Shown: positions 1-13,399, numbered from the stretch's first letter. The stretch is DNA of 64,000 nt from Octopus sinensis (GCF_006345805.1 NC_043024.1:15376001-15440000); one strand, 5' to 3'. Notes: generated from the sequence alone by a model not told the origin. Made by a program: numbers and translations.

Positions 1-560
1 TTTGTGTATGTTCATTGGATGTATTCTCTGATGTATTTGTTGTATAATATTTCTGACTCTGTCTACTACTCTCTTGGAATACACATTGCGGATTTCTTTC
101 TCTTGTGCCTCATTTGTGGACAAAAACTTGTTGACCACCACTAGGCACGGTCTGTTATGCTCCAGCACCTGATCTGTTTGGATTGGGAAATACCAGATGA
201 TTTTGCTAGTCACTGACTCTGCCATTCTCTGCCACGCCTGTACTCATACCATGTCTTGCCTCTCTCTAGACTCCACTTTTTGTACATTTTCCAATGTAGC
301 ACTTCACTACCTGGTCATGTTGCTATAACATGTAGCAGTTTTGGGCAAGTATAGGGCATTCGTTCATGATATGAGCAATGGTTTCATCAACACTATTGCA
401 GATACAACACAATGGAGACACTTGATCATTCCTAAGGTTGATCCTCCACTTCGTGTCCAGAGCTTGGTTCTGCGCTGCCAGTATAGTGCTCTTGGTCACT
501 TTTTTAGGGTTCCTTTCATCAGCCAATACCTCCTATTATTTCCAGCAACTTCTGTAATGG
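1..560 (-). mobile_element. Degenerate non-LTR retrotransposon 3' region, R4/Dong-type (CCHC knuckle plus restriction-like endonuclease)
   Basis: ORF 323-526 reads ILAAQNQAL...CCICNSVDETIAHIMNECPILA; downstream frames give HNRP.LVVVNK, with stops and frameshifts. Confidence 0.6.
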
Positions 561-689
561 CTATATGGAACTGATTATGTAGCCCCTTCTTGTGTAATTC
601 ATCATCGTCATTGTCATCGTCATCATCATCATCATCGTCATCATCATCATTATTCGTTCGTAACACAGTGTAGGTAAAAATGCACCAGA

Positions 690-1240
690 GTCTTTAGTCA
701 TCTGTCAATTCACAACAAGGTCCTCAGACAGATGATACTTACTTTAAAATGTGCGCTGTGCCCAATAAGGCTACTTTTTGCTAAACATCAATCTTGCATG
801 GGATTTCCAGTTGCCTTAAGCAGTCTTGAAGTTTCAATGGGATTGAACCCAACACTCCGATCATCCCTGGTATCACTTTTACATTACCCTCTCACATTCC
901 ATAGTCTTGCCATTTCCGCTTTCAATTCGGAGTACTTGGTGATTTTTTCAATCTCTTTACTCACAACATTCATGTCATTTGGAATAGATGCATCAATGAT
1001 CTGGCAGTATTTGTCTCTCTAATTCAGAATGACAATATCCAGCCAGCAGTGTTCGATTACACGATCCGTCTGAAAATCATAGTCCCAGAGTAACGTTACT
1101 TTTCCATCCTCCTTCTCTGGGTACATGCTCCTACCAGTCCTCTGTTATTTCATATTGGTATTTACAGCTTAAGAGCCAATGACGATACACCCGTACACTT
1201 TATTGTAACGTGGTTGTAGTCTTTTTGTGCAAGTCTCTTA
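690..1240 (-). mobile_element. Second R4/Dong-type restriction-like endonuclease fragment
   Basis: Minus strand translates WDYDFQTDRVIEH..DIVIL...CQIIDASIPND...KEIEKITKYSEL (PD..D/ExK-type nuclease), interrupted by stops. Confidence 0.7.
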
Positions 1241-1755
1241 CATCCACTTACCAAGTGGGTCACACTTTCCATACTTTTTCCAGAGTCTGCATTCCTGGGT
1301 GTCAGAAATTTTATAGATGTTATATTTCACTGACTTATTATTACTGAGTGAGAGAGCAGTGCATGCTATCAAAGTGACACTTGGGTACAAATATTCAAAG
1401 CCCAGTATACCCATCTGATAAGGGTACACTAGGCACATGCATCACAACCATATGTGCATGACATGGTGATCTCATATCAAGACAAACTGCACATGACTTT
1501 GCAGGTGGAGCCTAGCTAGAATTTTGTTCAGGTCGAGTAGTCTATCCTGATCAAAAGGTCCCCGAATAAGGGTTGTTTAAGGATGTAGAACGAAACACCC
1601 ATGTTTCCGAAGGGGAATTATCCAAAAGGTGTCTTCCTCTCAACACATGGCTATGATGCTCCCCCACTACTTCTGATTGTGATCAGAGATGCACATATCG
1701 TTAGCCACTAAGGGACATGCTCAACTGATTAAGGTCAAACAATTGACAGGCAAAT

Positions 1756-2167
1756 CTCTTTACTCTTTACTCTTTTACTTGTTTCAGTCAATTGACTGCG
1801 GCCATGCTGGAGCACCACCTTTAGTCGAGCAAATCGACCCCGGGACTTATTCTTTGTAAGCCCAGTACTTATTCTATCGGCCTCTTTTGCCGAACTGCTA
1901 AGTGACGGGGACGTAAACACACCAGCATCGGTTGTCAAGCAATGCTAGAGGGACAAACACAGACACACAAGCATATACACACACATACATATATATATAT
2001 ACATGTATATGACAGGCTTCTTTCAGTTTCCGTCTACCAAATCCACTCACAAGGCTTTGGTTGGCCCGAGGCTATAGTAGAAGACACTTGCCCAAGGTGC
2101 CACGCAGTGGGACTGAACTCAGAACCATGTGGTTGGTTAGCAAGCTACTTACCACACAGCCACTCCT
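1756..2167 (-). mobile_element. tRNA-derived SINE, family A
   Basis: Reverse complement of the family A copies at 19176, 37233, 38066 and 54418; tRNA-like head, internal microsatellite, (AAAGAGT)n tail. Confidence 0.85.
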
Positions 2168-2180
2168 CCTAATCTGTAGT

Positions 2181-2392
2181 ATTATTCTTTTCTACTCTAG
2201 GCACAAGGCCCAAAATTTTGGGGGAGGGAGCTAGTCGATTAGATCAGCCCCTGTACGCAACTGGTACTTAATTTATTGATCCCAGAAGGATAAAAGACAA
2301 AGTCGACCTTGGCAGAATTTGAACTCAGAATGTAAAGACAGACAAAATACCGCTAAGCATTTCACCTGGCATGCTAACATTTCTGCCAGCTT
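2181..2392 (-). mobile_element. SINE, family B
   Basis: Reverse-complement homolog of 56953-57178. Confidence 0.7.
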
Positions 2393-2399
2393 GTGGTAT

Positions 2400-2434
2400 T
2401 ATTATCATCATCATCATCATCATTACTGCTACTG

Positions 2435-2485
<51 letters not shown>

Positions 2486-2487
2486 TA
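2400..2487. repeat. (ATC)n-(ACT)n compound microsatellite
   Basis: Directly visible. Confidence 0.95.
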
Positions 2488-2499
2488 TTTATCATTAGA

Positions 2500-3100
2500 A
2501 ATGTTATGTTGGTAATACCTGTTAAGCTTGCATGTATTAGACAAGCCTATGGTGGATTAAAGATTAGGCAGTGAAGAGGTAGGATAATTTCAGGGTGGAT
2601 TGATTAAAGACAGAGGGGTAGTTATGGTGGGGAGGAAAGGGGGAATCAATGATATCAAAAATGTTCCTGGATAAGCTCTTAACATTTAAGGAGAAAGGGG
2701 TAGTACTAAAGTAGGGTTCTCCCTCCACTTTTATTGGATAATTTGGGGTGTGTGGGATCATGTTTCCTAGTTGGTATTAAGGATTTAGTTCTATGTATAG
2801 GGTTGAATTTTGCACGGGTATTATAGGGGTGTATGAGAGGTGGCAGAATATGCTGCCTTTTACGCTAGTAAAGGGTTGAGTATCCCTCTCAACTGTGAGG
2901 GATGTTGCCTCCATTCTTTTAGGGTATGTTGACTTGGAATGTAATGGAGCTGGGTAGTTCTTAAGCCTAGTGTTAGATAGGAACATTATTTTTGCAAGAA
3001 GCCACCAGCTGCAAGCGTTCAAATGTAATAGGTGGCATGGTTGTGGAGTATTACCTCAGTTGTGGATAGACCAGAGATTCTAATCAAAATACCTATGATT
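2500..3100 (-). mobile_element. Penelope-like element fragment (RT thumb and linker)
   Basis: YFSTTPFSLNVKSLSRNIFDIIDSPFPPHHNYPSVFNQSTLKLSY matches the PLE WFNPPF...HFP..H.Y..IFN..TLKLSY linker, also seen at 33.3-33.4 kb. Confidence 0.7.
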
Positions 3101-3110
3101 AACTTATCTT

Positions 3111-3197
3111 TCTCCGATGATGGAATATCAACATTTGGAATCTTCGCTCAACACGATGTTCCAATATTTGGGATGTCCTAGAAACAGCTGTCGCAGA
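3111..3197 (+). ncRNA. Degenerate type I hammerhead remnant
   Basis: cCGATGA...GAAAC-AGCT-GTC; U4 is mutated and stems I and II are imperfect. Confidence 0.4.
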
Positions 3198-3278
3198 CTA
3201 TCTTAACCTTTTATTATATATGTCCTTGTCAAGTCTTGTCAAACTGTTTGCCTTTTCTTTTCAGATTTGATATACATA

Positions 3279-3370
<92 letters not shown>

Positions 3371-3542
3371 GTTGTGTGTTGTGTGAATGTGTGTGTGATG
3401 TGCTTTTAGTTTGTCTGGAGCTATAGTAGATGGTATTTGTCCAAAGCGTTGTGCAATGGGATTGAACCCAAAACCACACGATTGGGAAACAACCTTCTAA
3501 ATCAGATAGCCATGCCAGCACTTATATATGAATTAGAAAATA

Positions 3543-5559
3543 CTAGCACTATGACCTGGCGTTGCTGGGTCTAGTGCTAGTTTTATGAACAAAACTTACG
3601 GTCAGTAACAGAAACCGAGCCACGAAGCATAACTGTGAAAAGCGTTTTTTGAGTCTGGGCAGCAAAGCATGCATCCTCATGTTTAATTAGTGCATTGAAT
3701 CTTATTGGATAATGATCTAGTACACGCAAATCCAAGGCCATGCGTCCAAGGCAGCATTGGCCAGTACACACACGCATGCATACACGCACATGTTGAAGGT
3801 CATATTCAGTGCCATGCTCACGCACATACACGCACAGGATGACTAAGTGTCTACTTGGGAAAACGCTTTTTGTGGTGTTTGATGTACGGGCTAATTAATT
3901 AGTGGAAAGTGGATTAAAGTTAGAAAAACATTGGGCATTTGTGAAGTGGGAAAACCCAATCAATTTGCAGTAGCAAACAAAGAGCTTATTATGTGGAAGT
4001 TAAGGCTAAAAGAAATCGGTTGTAATTCAATTTGAATGGGGAAGCCCGTAAGGGATTGTTAGGGGCAAACTCTAATCAAATTAAAATTTCATGCACCATG
4101 AGTAACAACTTGAGCATCCTTGTCACCTGCTATTTAGATAGCGAACGATTTGATCTCAGGCTGAATGCGAACTCAACAAACGATGGTTATGTGTATTTTC
4201 AAAATCATGCTGTGGTGCGGTCAAATTCGAATTTTCCCGCTTTCTCCTTCCTCCCTTTTTTGTCCGACTATGACATGTGCACAGTCCTGCTAACTGAAAG
4301 CTTCATATCATGTGCTTGTTGTTCGTTTCTGATGTTTCAATAAAAAGTTCTTACTTAATCAAGTTTGTGCAGAAACACTGTATGAATCACAAGTTCTAGC
4401 CTTGAATTGTCTTAGGTAACGGTGTGCTTCTGTTTGGTTAGCTATAAAATGGGGTAAGAACAAAACTCAGGCTTTTTACAGATAAAGATTGCTTCATTTT
4501 GTGCAAAATCCCTTTCTTTGTTTTCAGAAATTGTGTTTGCCTTTCCATTGCATATGTTTTTTAACGCATTTGACTGAGCCTCTGCAGATGAAATTTTGCT
4601 TAAGAAAATCTTTGTATCTTAGGTCATTCGTACCTCAAGTTAGGGCTAAAAGAAAAGGTTGCAGTCAATTTAAATGCAGAAACCCGCAAGGAATAGTTTT
4701 ATTAAGTTTTCACTGATTGATTGGCAATTTTGGTAAACTCGAATCAAATTAAGATTTCTTGCACCAAAAGGATCACCCTGATAACCCTATGCCCCTGCTG
4801 TGTAGGTAGCAAATGATTTGATCTTAGGCTGATTGCAAACAAATAAACGATTTTTATGAAAATCCCTTGGGGGGGTCAACTTACCCATTTTTCATTTTTA
4901 ATCCAACTCGAATAAAACATCCTGGACTCTCGCTGGATAACTTAAATCAACTGAAAGCATAAAAGTAAAGCCCTTCCTAAACAGATTCATTGAATAGGCT
5001 CCAACTCTTTTATGGCATACTTAAGAAATGACAGCATATCAAGTATATTTGGTCTTTCATGAAAATCCCACTCTCTTGTCATTCACTTGGTCTAACTCGT
5101 TAGTTATTCCCTGCATTTTTCGAATCAAAAGAGCGTGCACGTTTGAAAGCCAAAACACATCATAATGCGTTTTCGTAAAACACAAAAATGCACTGAGTCA
5201 TACAGACTGTCTGCAAATGCGCATGCACATTCAACTGTCAAGGGTAAAATTATCTCCGTCCAATCAAAAAACAGCTGGCAGTCTATTGGCGTTTCTAGCT
5301 GTATGCACGCACAGCGTACGAATTTCTATGTTTTAGCGATTTTGAATGGATATGCCCCTAACTTATGGGCATAAGAGGTCGGTTTATCAATCTTTTTAAT
5401 GGCTTTTTCGGGTGACTGGGGAAATGAAAAGATCTTCACGACCACCCACAGACAGATTTGAAAGCCCAAAGAAAATGCGAGCCTGTTACGTGAAAAACTG
5501 TGGTTTTGTATAAAGGACACACAAATACACAGACATTTTGCCATTTATAAATATAGAGA
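3543..5559 (-). mobile_element. Non-autonomous Helitron (about 2 kb)
   Basis: Minus strand begins A|TCTCTATATTTATAAA and ends with a GC-rich hairpin plus CTAG|T; contains an internal diverged direct repeat (about 4000-4190 vs 4640-4860). Confidence 0.7.
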
Positions 5560-5742
5560 TTTTGTATACATTTCATATATATCTTTAACCAAACAACTGT
5601 AATTTGGGCCCAGAATTGAGTTACTCATCCAGAATCAGTCGTTTGCAATTTGTGATAAGATTTATTTTATATTTTTAACTTCCTTTTCCAAGTTATATAT
5701 ATATATATATGTACGTATGTATATATATATATTTATATATAC

Positions 5743-5830
<88 letters not shown>

Positions 5831-5856
5831 TGTGTACGTATGTATATATATATATT

Positions 5857-5889
<33 letters not shown>

Positions 5890-6459
5890 ACGTATGTATA
5901 TATATATATTTATATATATATAAATATGTGTGTGTTTGTGTGTGTGTGTGTGTATTAGATGTGCTTTTAGTTTGTCTGGAGCTACAGTAGATGGTATTTG
6001 TCCAAAACGTTGTGCAATGGTATTGAACCCAAAACCATACGATTGGGAAAGAATCTTCTAAATTAAATAGCCATGCCAGCACTTATATATGAGTTACTCA
6101 TCCAGAATCAGTCGTTAGCAATTTGTTATAAGATTCATTTTATATTTTTAACTTCCTGGGTCTGAGATTAGAAGCAATTCCCATGGCTATTTCAGACCTT
6201 TCTCAATTGCTGTGATTCAAAACTGATGGCAAAATGTTATCTGAAATTTCATCCGCCAGATTGAAATTTCATCCAACCAAAATAGTTTAACTTTCTTCCT
6301 CAAACATTTTTAATTTCATTAAACACCAACAGTCAAATCCAACACAATTCCACGTTCCATAAACAACAATATTAAGAAAACAGACATTTATATTTCTATA
6401 TTTTAGCCAAGATTCATGCTATGTATGTTCCTCTTGAAGTCACAATGTTTTAGGAAAAG

Positions 6460-6888
6460 ATAGGACCAGGAAGAGAATTCCGGAGAATCAAAACTCTTAC
6501 AAGGAAGAATTGTTTGCTTTAAAACTTTTATACAATATCACATGAACAAATGTATGGTTCACCACATTTCTGAAATAACATTGAATATAATTAATTAAAT
6601 GTATGTACGCAGTTTCTTTATTGAAATCTTCCTGGTTGTGTAAAGAAGAAAAGATATTGGTCAGAGAATAGAACATGAAATCCAATACAAACTAATACTT
6701 GTCTTTTCTACATTTTACCATTAGCGTGAAATTTCATTCAATTGATACAGTTTAACTTTCTTCCTTGTACATTTTTACTTGCATTAAACAACCAGCAGTT
6801 AAATCGAACACAAGTTCACGTTCCATCAACAACAATATCAACAAAACATTTACATTTTTATAGTTTAGCCAGGAACATTTTATCTAAC
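6460..6888 (+). promoter_or_regulatory. Upstream non-coding region conserved between actin-like genes 1 and 2A
   Basis: Aligns in inverted orientation to 28908-29302, e.g. ATAGGACCAGGAAGAGAATTCC...CTCTTACAAGGAAGAATTGTTTG and TCAC(A/G)TGAACAAATGTATGGTT. Confidence 0.45.
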
Positions 6889-7011
6889 ATGGCTGATGTA
6901 GTTCATCCTGTCGTCATTGATAATGGATCACATACATGTAAAGTTGGTTTTGGAGGTGATCATGAACCAAGAATTGCCATTTCTTCAGATGCTGATTATC
7001 CCAGAGATCAG
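6889..7011 (+). CDS. Divergent actin-like gene 1, exon 1 (41 codons)
   Basis: MADVVHPVVIDNGSHTCKVGFGGDHEPRIAISSDADYPRDQ with phosphate-1 motif DNGS; donor CAG|GTACGT at the conserved phase-0 actin intron position 41/42. Confidence 0.9.
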
Positions 7012-7199
7012 GTACGTTGACTATATTTATATGTAACTTTAAATACTCACACACACACACACACACACACACATCATCATCATCATAATGATCCTTGTTT
7101 TTTAATGTCCACTTTTCCATGTTTGCATGGGCCAGGTGGAATTCTTCATGAAAGATATTCTATGCTGATACCTTTTATATCAGGCTATCTTTCGCCTTT

Positions 7200-7760
7200 T
7201 TCCAAATATCATACAGCGGCTGCCCAAATATGAACATAATTCTTGAAAATCACCCAAGATACCACTCCCAGTTGTAACTGCGAAGACCCTGAAGCCTACC
7301 CCCTTGACCAGACATGTACGATAAACACCGTCATATATGAGGCTGAAGTTAGAGCTATGATCCAAGATAAATCTGTCAAAAAAAGAATTACGTTGGTTTA
7401 TGTGAGGGTTAATTCAAGAGACAATTATGCAAACCACCTATTTTCTTTCTGGCACATCGATAAAAGCAATGCAAGTTCGCTAGCCATGTACGGAATTTGA
7501 GGAGCAGCTCCACACCACATACAATTAAGTAGAGAATTGTGGAGAAATTCAAGCCATACATTAATGGATCTAAGAAATGCAGCTTGTGCATAGCAGAAAA
7601 GTCTCGTATTCTTCTCAAATCCAGATCTGCTTAATTCCACACCTGGAATTTTGAGCAGGTCTAGACACAGACAGATTTCTTCTATCGAATTGGAAGGCAC
7701 CACTCACTTTGGATTGAGTTGTCTCACAGACTTTGACATATTTTCTGTTATTTTTTCTAA
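7200..7760 (+). mobile_element. PLE GIY-YIG endonuclease remnant in gene 1 intron
   Basis: CNCEDPEAYPLDQTC...VIYEAEV...NHLFSF...LN...CRH-like pattern, with stops. Confidence 0.7.
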
Positions 7761-9059
7761 AACAGTTGTAATTAATGAGATTTCTGCAATCAGGAGGATG
7801 GAGATGAGGATTTGGGTCCCTTAGTTTCATTTCTTTTTTCATGTTTTTTCCACATTTTTTTCCTTTATTTTAATACATATATAATGCATTAGCAGAACCT
7901 GGAAGATTGCTTTAAGATACATTGTGTATTTTATAAATATGCCTGTTCAAGTATCATAAAAGCATCAAAATATTAGGAGCTCTTTCGGTTGTTTATTAAA
8001 TTTATACCCACACACACACACACAAATAAGTGAATATTGTTGGATATGTTCCTAGTAGTACGCTGATGAAACATGTTCACTGCTTATGGCTACCTGATGT
8101 CATCAACAGTATTTACATAATTGTCGCTGGATCTACCTCAGAAATTCCCCAGTGTTCGTTGAGTATATAACAACAGATAGAGGTGGAAAATGGAATATAC
8201 AAGAAATTTTATTGCTCACAACCATCGTTTTGACCCATCCTACATCGATCTGTTGTGGGTGGAATACTGTACAACAGGTTGTGGCGTATCCCCTGGTATA
8301 GAAGCATCTCTCTAGGTTATGTTATAAGGGGTATCTCATTCAATAAACCCTGTTTTGCTCAGTTTCAATATAGTATGTTTGTAGTGACCATAGGTTTAAG
8401 TTGTTGGACACGAATGGCTTGGGACAAATTCCATTGTGATGTTATATATATATATATAAGGATAAGCACATTAAAAGGGATATGAAGCTGTGAAAACATC
8501 TATGACAGAACTCATCAAGTGCCATAACAAATGGGGCCACAATTCCTGCTGGCTTTTTGTGCTAAATATGTCTGTCAGTGGCTTTACTTTTGTTGATATG
8601 CCAGAAAGAAGATGGGTGGTTTACATAACATCTTTTGAAATTGTTTTCCCATAAACTAACATAATTGTTCTTTCCAGTTTGGTTATCTTGAAGAGATGCG
8701 GTAACTTCTACCTCATAATCAGCAGTGTTTATCATACATACCTAATGAAGTGGGCAAGCTTTAGGCTCTCAACAGTTACAACTGGAAGTGGGCTCTTGAT
8801 GATGCTTATGTGTAATAATGTTCTTCATATTGGGGCAGCAGCTTTGTAGGTGAAACACGTATGTCAGGGATTAGCAAATTGCATTGATACAGTGGGACAG
8901 GTGATGTGGGTGGAACACACAGTTCGGGGGCTAGCGGAGAGCAATGATACAGTGGGACAGGATTGGGGAGTGGGAGGTAAGCGTAGTGCATGAAGTGGAA
9001 ATGAAGAGAAGAAATGTAGAGATGTAGTTTAGTATGTTGTAGTAGGGTGTGTGAGATGT

Positions 9060-9600
9060 TTACTTGTTAAGTGTGCGTGGGACACACAGCGCTTCTAGAA
9101 CTCAGTTTGCTGACGTGGGTGGGTCTTTTCAAGAAGCTCATATCATCAGACATCTCAGTCCATTGTCATTTCCTCCATGAGGTCCAACGTCCTGAGATCA
9201 CTCCTTACCACTTCATCCCACGTCTTTCCGGGTCTCCCTCTTCTGCAGACACCATCCACTTTCAGTGATCACCACTTCTTTATGCAGCTGGCCTCATTCA
9301 TACACATCACATCTCCAAACCAACGGAGTCTTCTCTCTTGCATGCTACATTTGATTCCTCTTATGCCCAACTTTTCTCTCAATACATTTGCACTTTGTCG
9401 TACATGTGCACTGATGTTGCACATCCAACAGAGCATACTACCTTCATTTCTCTCCAGTCTATGCACATCTTCTGCATTGAGAGCCCATGTCTCACTTCCA
9501 AGGAGTATAGGCCATTCACACACAAGCATCATACAGTCTACTTTTCACTCTGAGGGAGACTCCTTTTATTGCTGTTAAATACTCCTAATAACTATTTTGT
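9060..9600 (-). mobile_element. RTE-clade LINE 3' fragment
   Basis: LLGSETW...RLERNEGSMLCWMC...LREKLGIRGI...ERRLRWFG.VM.M. Confidence 0.8.
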
Positions 9601-10289
9601 GATGGAATGTTCTGAATAGAGTTTCAATAAGGAAAACACTTTTCATCCTTACTTCAAACTTTAACAGAAAGATATCAAAGGATTAATCATGGGATATTAT
9701 AGTATTTAATATGGGATATTGTAGGATTAGTTATCAGAATTCCATAATTCATGTAATTCTTTCAATAATTCTTAACATTTCAACAATTTTATCAACCCAA
9801 GTTTCAAGAATTCTTATCATTAACTAACTGAGGTATCCAGTAAAAATAACCATTAATTAGATGTCTGTTTATAGCCATGAAGCATTTTTCCTCAAATTTC
9901 GACATTTTTCAAAAATTTAAAGTGTATATTAATGGGTTGGACCAATTTGACAATTAAATGAGCAGTGTCTGGTAGTGAACCTGTGTTGTTGTCATTGTTG
10001 TGCATGTGCATAAAATGGCCAAATTTTACACTTTGGGGCAGATTTCATCAAATTGATGTTATGACAGCTAGTGTACAAAATGCCTAAATTTTTGCTCAAG
10101 AAATAAAATGGTCTCACTTAATCAAAACCTGAAACACTGGGGAATTAAAACAATGAATTGAAATAAGTTTTAGCAAATCAAAACAATTCGCATTGAAATG
10201 AAGAATTAGCAAATGCTAAAGAGATTGCTGTTAATAAGATGTCTGTTTATACCCATGAAATATTTTTGGTCAAACTTCAGCATTTTTCA

Positions 10290-10509
10290 AAAAATTGATG
10301 TAACGATGGCTAATGCAAAAATAGCTGAAATTTTATGACCTTTGAAAAATTGATGCTGATTAAAATTCAATTTTTAAAAAAATTCCAAGTGTGTAAGTGG
10401 CCGCATGAACATAAGCCCTACACATATGTCAAGTTTCATCAAGATCTGTTGGAGAGTATCAGAGAAGCTAAAGTAACAAATTCACAAGCTTTCCATTTAT
10501 TATTATAGA
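10290..10509 (-). mobile_element. Helitron-like 5' terminal segment near the gene 1 acceptor
   Basis: Minus strand starts A|TCTATAATAATAAATGGAAAG; 3' end not identified. Confidence 0.45.
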
Positions 10510-10545
10510 TTCTTACTGAATTCCAGAATTCTTTTTGTATTTCAG

Positions 10546-11532
10546 AGTGAAATGATTGGAGATGAACTCAAAGACTACAATGTTATAAATAAATTTGGAT
10601 ACAATACAAGTGTTCTTAACTTGAAGCATCCCATTGAACGTGGTGTCATTACCAACTGGGATGATATGGAGAAGATTTGGTTGCATGCATTCAAAGAGTT
10701 GAAAGTTGCACCTGCAGAAAGCTCTGTCTTGTTGACTGAAGCTGTTTTTAACCCCAAGGACAACAGAGAAAAGATGGCCGAAATTATGTTTGAAAAGTTT
10801 AACACTCATGCATTATGTATTGCTGATCAGACTTTACTGTCCCTTTTGGCTTCTGGTCGTATCACAGGTATGTCTGTGAATGTAGGTCATGGCATCACCC
10901 AAATTGTCCCTGTCTATGACGGGTCAATTAAACGAGAAGCTGCTGTCCAGTGGGATTTTGGTGGTGTGGACATGACAGATTACCTTACGAGTATGTTGAC
11001 TGAACGTGGTTATTCCTTTGACAGTCCTTCTCAGATGGAAACTGTCCGTAACATCAAAGAGAAGTGTTGTTATGTTGCTCTAGACTTTGAACAGGAAATG
11101 CAGACTGCAGCCTCTGAGAAATATAAATTACCTGACAAGCAAGACATTACCATTGGCAATGAACGATTCCAAACCCCAGAACTTCTGTTCCAGCCAGGTT
11201 TAATTGATAAGGGCTCTGATGGCATTCATAAACTGATTTATAACTCAATCATAAAATGTGATAGGAATATTAGAACACCACTATTTAAGAACATCATATT
11301 GTTTGGTGGCTCAACAATGTTCAAAGATGTTGTTTACCGCATGATAATTGAAATGAGATCTATTGTAGCACCTACCACGAGTTTTCATATTGTTGCTCAA
11401 CAATTTCGTGATAATTCTATGTGGAGGGGTGGTGCTCTGTTAACTTCTCTGTCTACCTTCATGGATCAGTGCATTCGCAGAGAAGAATATTATGAACATG
11501 GCTCATATATTCTCCATAGAAAGTATAGGTGA
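10546..11532 (+). CDS. Divergent actin-like gene 1, exon 2 (total protein 369 aa)
   Basis: Acceptor TTTTTGTATTTCAG|AGT GAA ATG is in frame with ORF 10552-11532; motifs [42 protein letters not shown]; no stops. Confidence 0.92.
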   Translation, partial: SEMIGDELKDYNVINKFGYNTSVLNLKHPIERGVITNWDDMEKIWLHAFKELKVAPAESSVLLTEAVFNPKDNREKMAEIMFEKFNTHALCIADQTLLSLLASGRITGMSVNVGHGITQIVPVYDGSIKREAAVQWDFGGVDMTDYLTSMLTERGYSFDSPSQMETVRNIKEKCCYVALDFEQEMQTAASEKYKLPDKQDITIGNERFQTPELLFQPGLIDKGSDGIHKLIYNSIIKCDRNIRTPLFKNIILFGGSTMFKDVVYRMIIEMRSIVAPTTSFHIVAQQFRDNSMWRGGALLTSLSTFMDQCIRREEYYEHGSYILHRKYR

Positions 11533-12100
11533 TATGTATAATATGTGTCATTATAATATATATATATATATATATATATTTAAATTCCAAGAAAGTTAGA
11601 GGTTGTGAATCCAACCAACTAAGGGATAATATCTATCCAATATACTGTTGGTAGAATACTCAATTATTAATACACAAGTGTTTTTTTATTGCTTTACAAT
11701 TACATTACCAAGTGTACTAAATGGGTGAAGGCAAAGAGATATTTTACCATTAATTTATAAAGCAATAAGAAAATGGAGGAGATCAATAGGTGGTTCATCA
11801 ACTTTTAGACATTAAATTATGTCAATTTATTTATTTATTTACTAAAAGGACAATTATAACAATATACATACATGTATAACATATTATGCTTTACATATAT
11901 AATATATAAAGATTTCCTGTATGTTATATATTTTAATAATTACTGGTATCTTTATATATTTTATATGTAAAACATAATATGTTATACATGTATGTATATT
12001 CTTGTAATTGTCATTTTAGTAAATAAATAAATAAATCAACATAATATAATGTCTAAAAGTTGATGACTACCACTTAATGATCCCTTCCAGTTTCTAATTG

Positions 12101-12131
<31 letters not shown>

Positions 12132-12758
12132 TATATATATATTTATATATTAGGAAGTGTCACAGGCCAGTGTTAGTTATTCACTACTTAGCTTTCAGAC
12201 CCTCAGTGACAATCACTGTCGGATATTAAGGAATGTCTGCTAACCTTTTCTATACAAACCCACCTGAGACAACCCCCTGCTTCTCTGTTAAAATCTTTCT
12301 ATTTTAAAGTGAGTTCCATTAAAAACTTCCATGTTAATTTATTTTCAAAACACCAGCATCATAACGACAAAGTTATTTTATTAAAATCTTATTTTGAAAA
12401 TAATTAATTTCAAGAAAACTATTTTGCTTTATCAGAAATATGGTAACAAAAGTGATAATACAAATAAGGAATTATTTTACGAAATTCTTCCTTATTTTTG
12501 TATGTTAATAAATGGTGGAAGATAGTATTCGCATATTCTGTCTGCAATATTCCAATCTGGAACATATTTTCACTATTATAAGTTTCTTATTAATGGTGGT
12601 GCCATGTAACCATAAAATTTGGCTAAAAATTGCTTTTTGTGGGATCTGAACTTTAATAAAGAATTTTAAAAAAAATACTGGTCTGTTGTCTTTAATGAAC
12701 TTTGGACAAGGTTTTCATAACAGGCTGGCTGTAATGTCTGAAGGGTGATAGAGAGAAC

Positions 12759-13165
12759 GAGTGAGTGAGTGAGTGAGCGAGTGGGTGGGTGAATGAGTGA
12801 GTGAGTGAGTGAGTGAGAGAGTGAGTGAGTGAGAAAGTGAGTGAGTGGATGGGTGAGTGAGTGAGTGATTGAGAGAGTGAGTGAGAGAGTGAGTGAGTGA
12901 GAGAGTGAGTGAATGAGTGAGTGAGTAAGTGAGTGAGTGAGTGAGAGAATGAATGAGTGAGTGAGTGAGTGAGAGAGTGAGTGAGTGAGTGAGTGAGTGA
13001 GAGAGTGAGTGAGTGAGTGGGTGAGTGAGTGAGTGAGTGAGAGAGTGAGCGAGTGAGTGAGTGAGAGAGTGAGTGAGTGAGTGGGTGGGTGGGTGAGTGA
13101 GTGAGTGAGTGAGTGGGAGAGTGAGTGAGTGAGTGAGCAAGTAGGTGGGTGAGTGAGTGAGTGAG
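12759..13165. repeat. (GAGT)n tetranucleotide array
   Basis: Directly visible. Confidence 0.95.
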
Positions 13166-13399
13166 CCTGATTCTGCATGTACGTGGGTGTGAGCGAGCAA
13201 CAATTATCTGCACATGTGTTTGCGTATGAGTGATTGAATGAGTGTGTGTTTGTGTGTGTGTGAGAAAGTGAGTGAGGGGAAAGAGTATGTGTAAGTAAGG
13301 GTGGGAGTGTATGTATGTTTGTGCTGTGTACACACCTGTATGTCCTGGTATACAGGTGATGCAGCCCTTAAAACTGCTGGCTACTTGAGCTTTCATGTA

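Noticed and set aside
3265-6155. Duplicated microsatellite plus SINE fragment (3265-3530 vs 5700-6090) and 65-bp direct repeat (5618 and 6091)
   Set aside because: Ordinary local duplication of repeat debris with no sign of function.
8600-8720. Possible small exons of another gene inside the gene 1 intron
   Set aside because: Splice-like sites only; no recognisable protein or consistent frame.
10513-10809. Antisense ORFs over actin exons (also 22034-22255, 22597-22965, 58411-58632, 58974-59342)
   Set aside because: Shadow frames of the actin-like CDS with no independent motifs.
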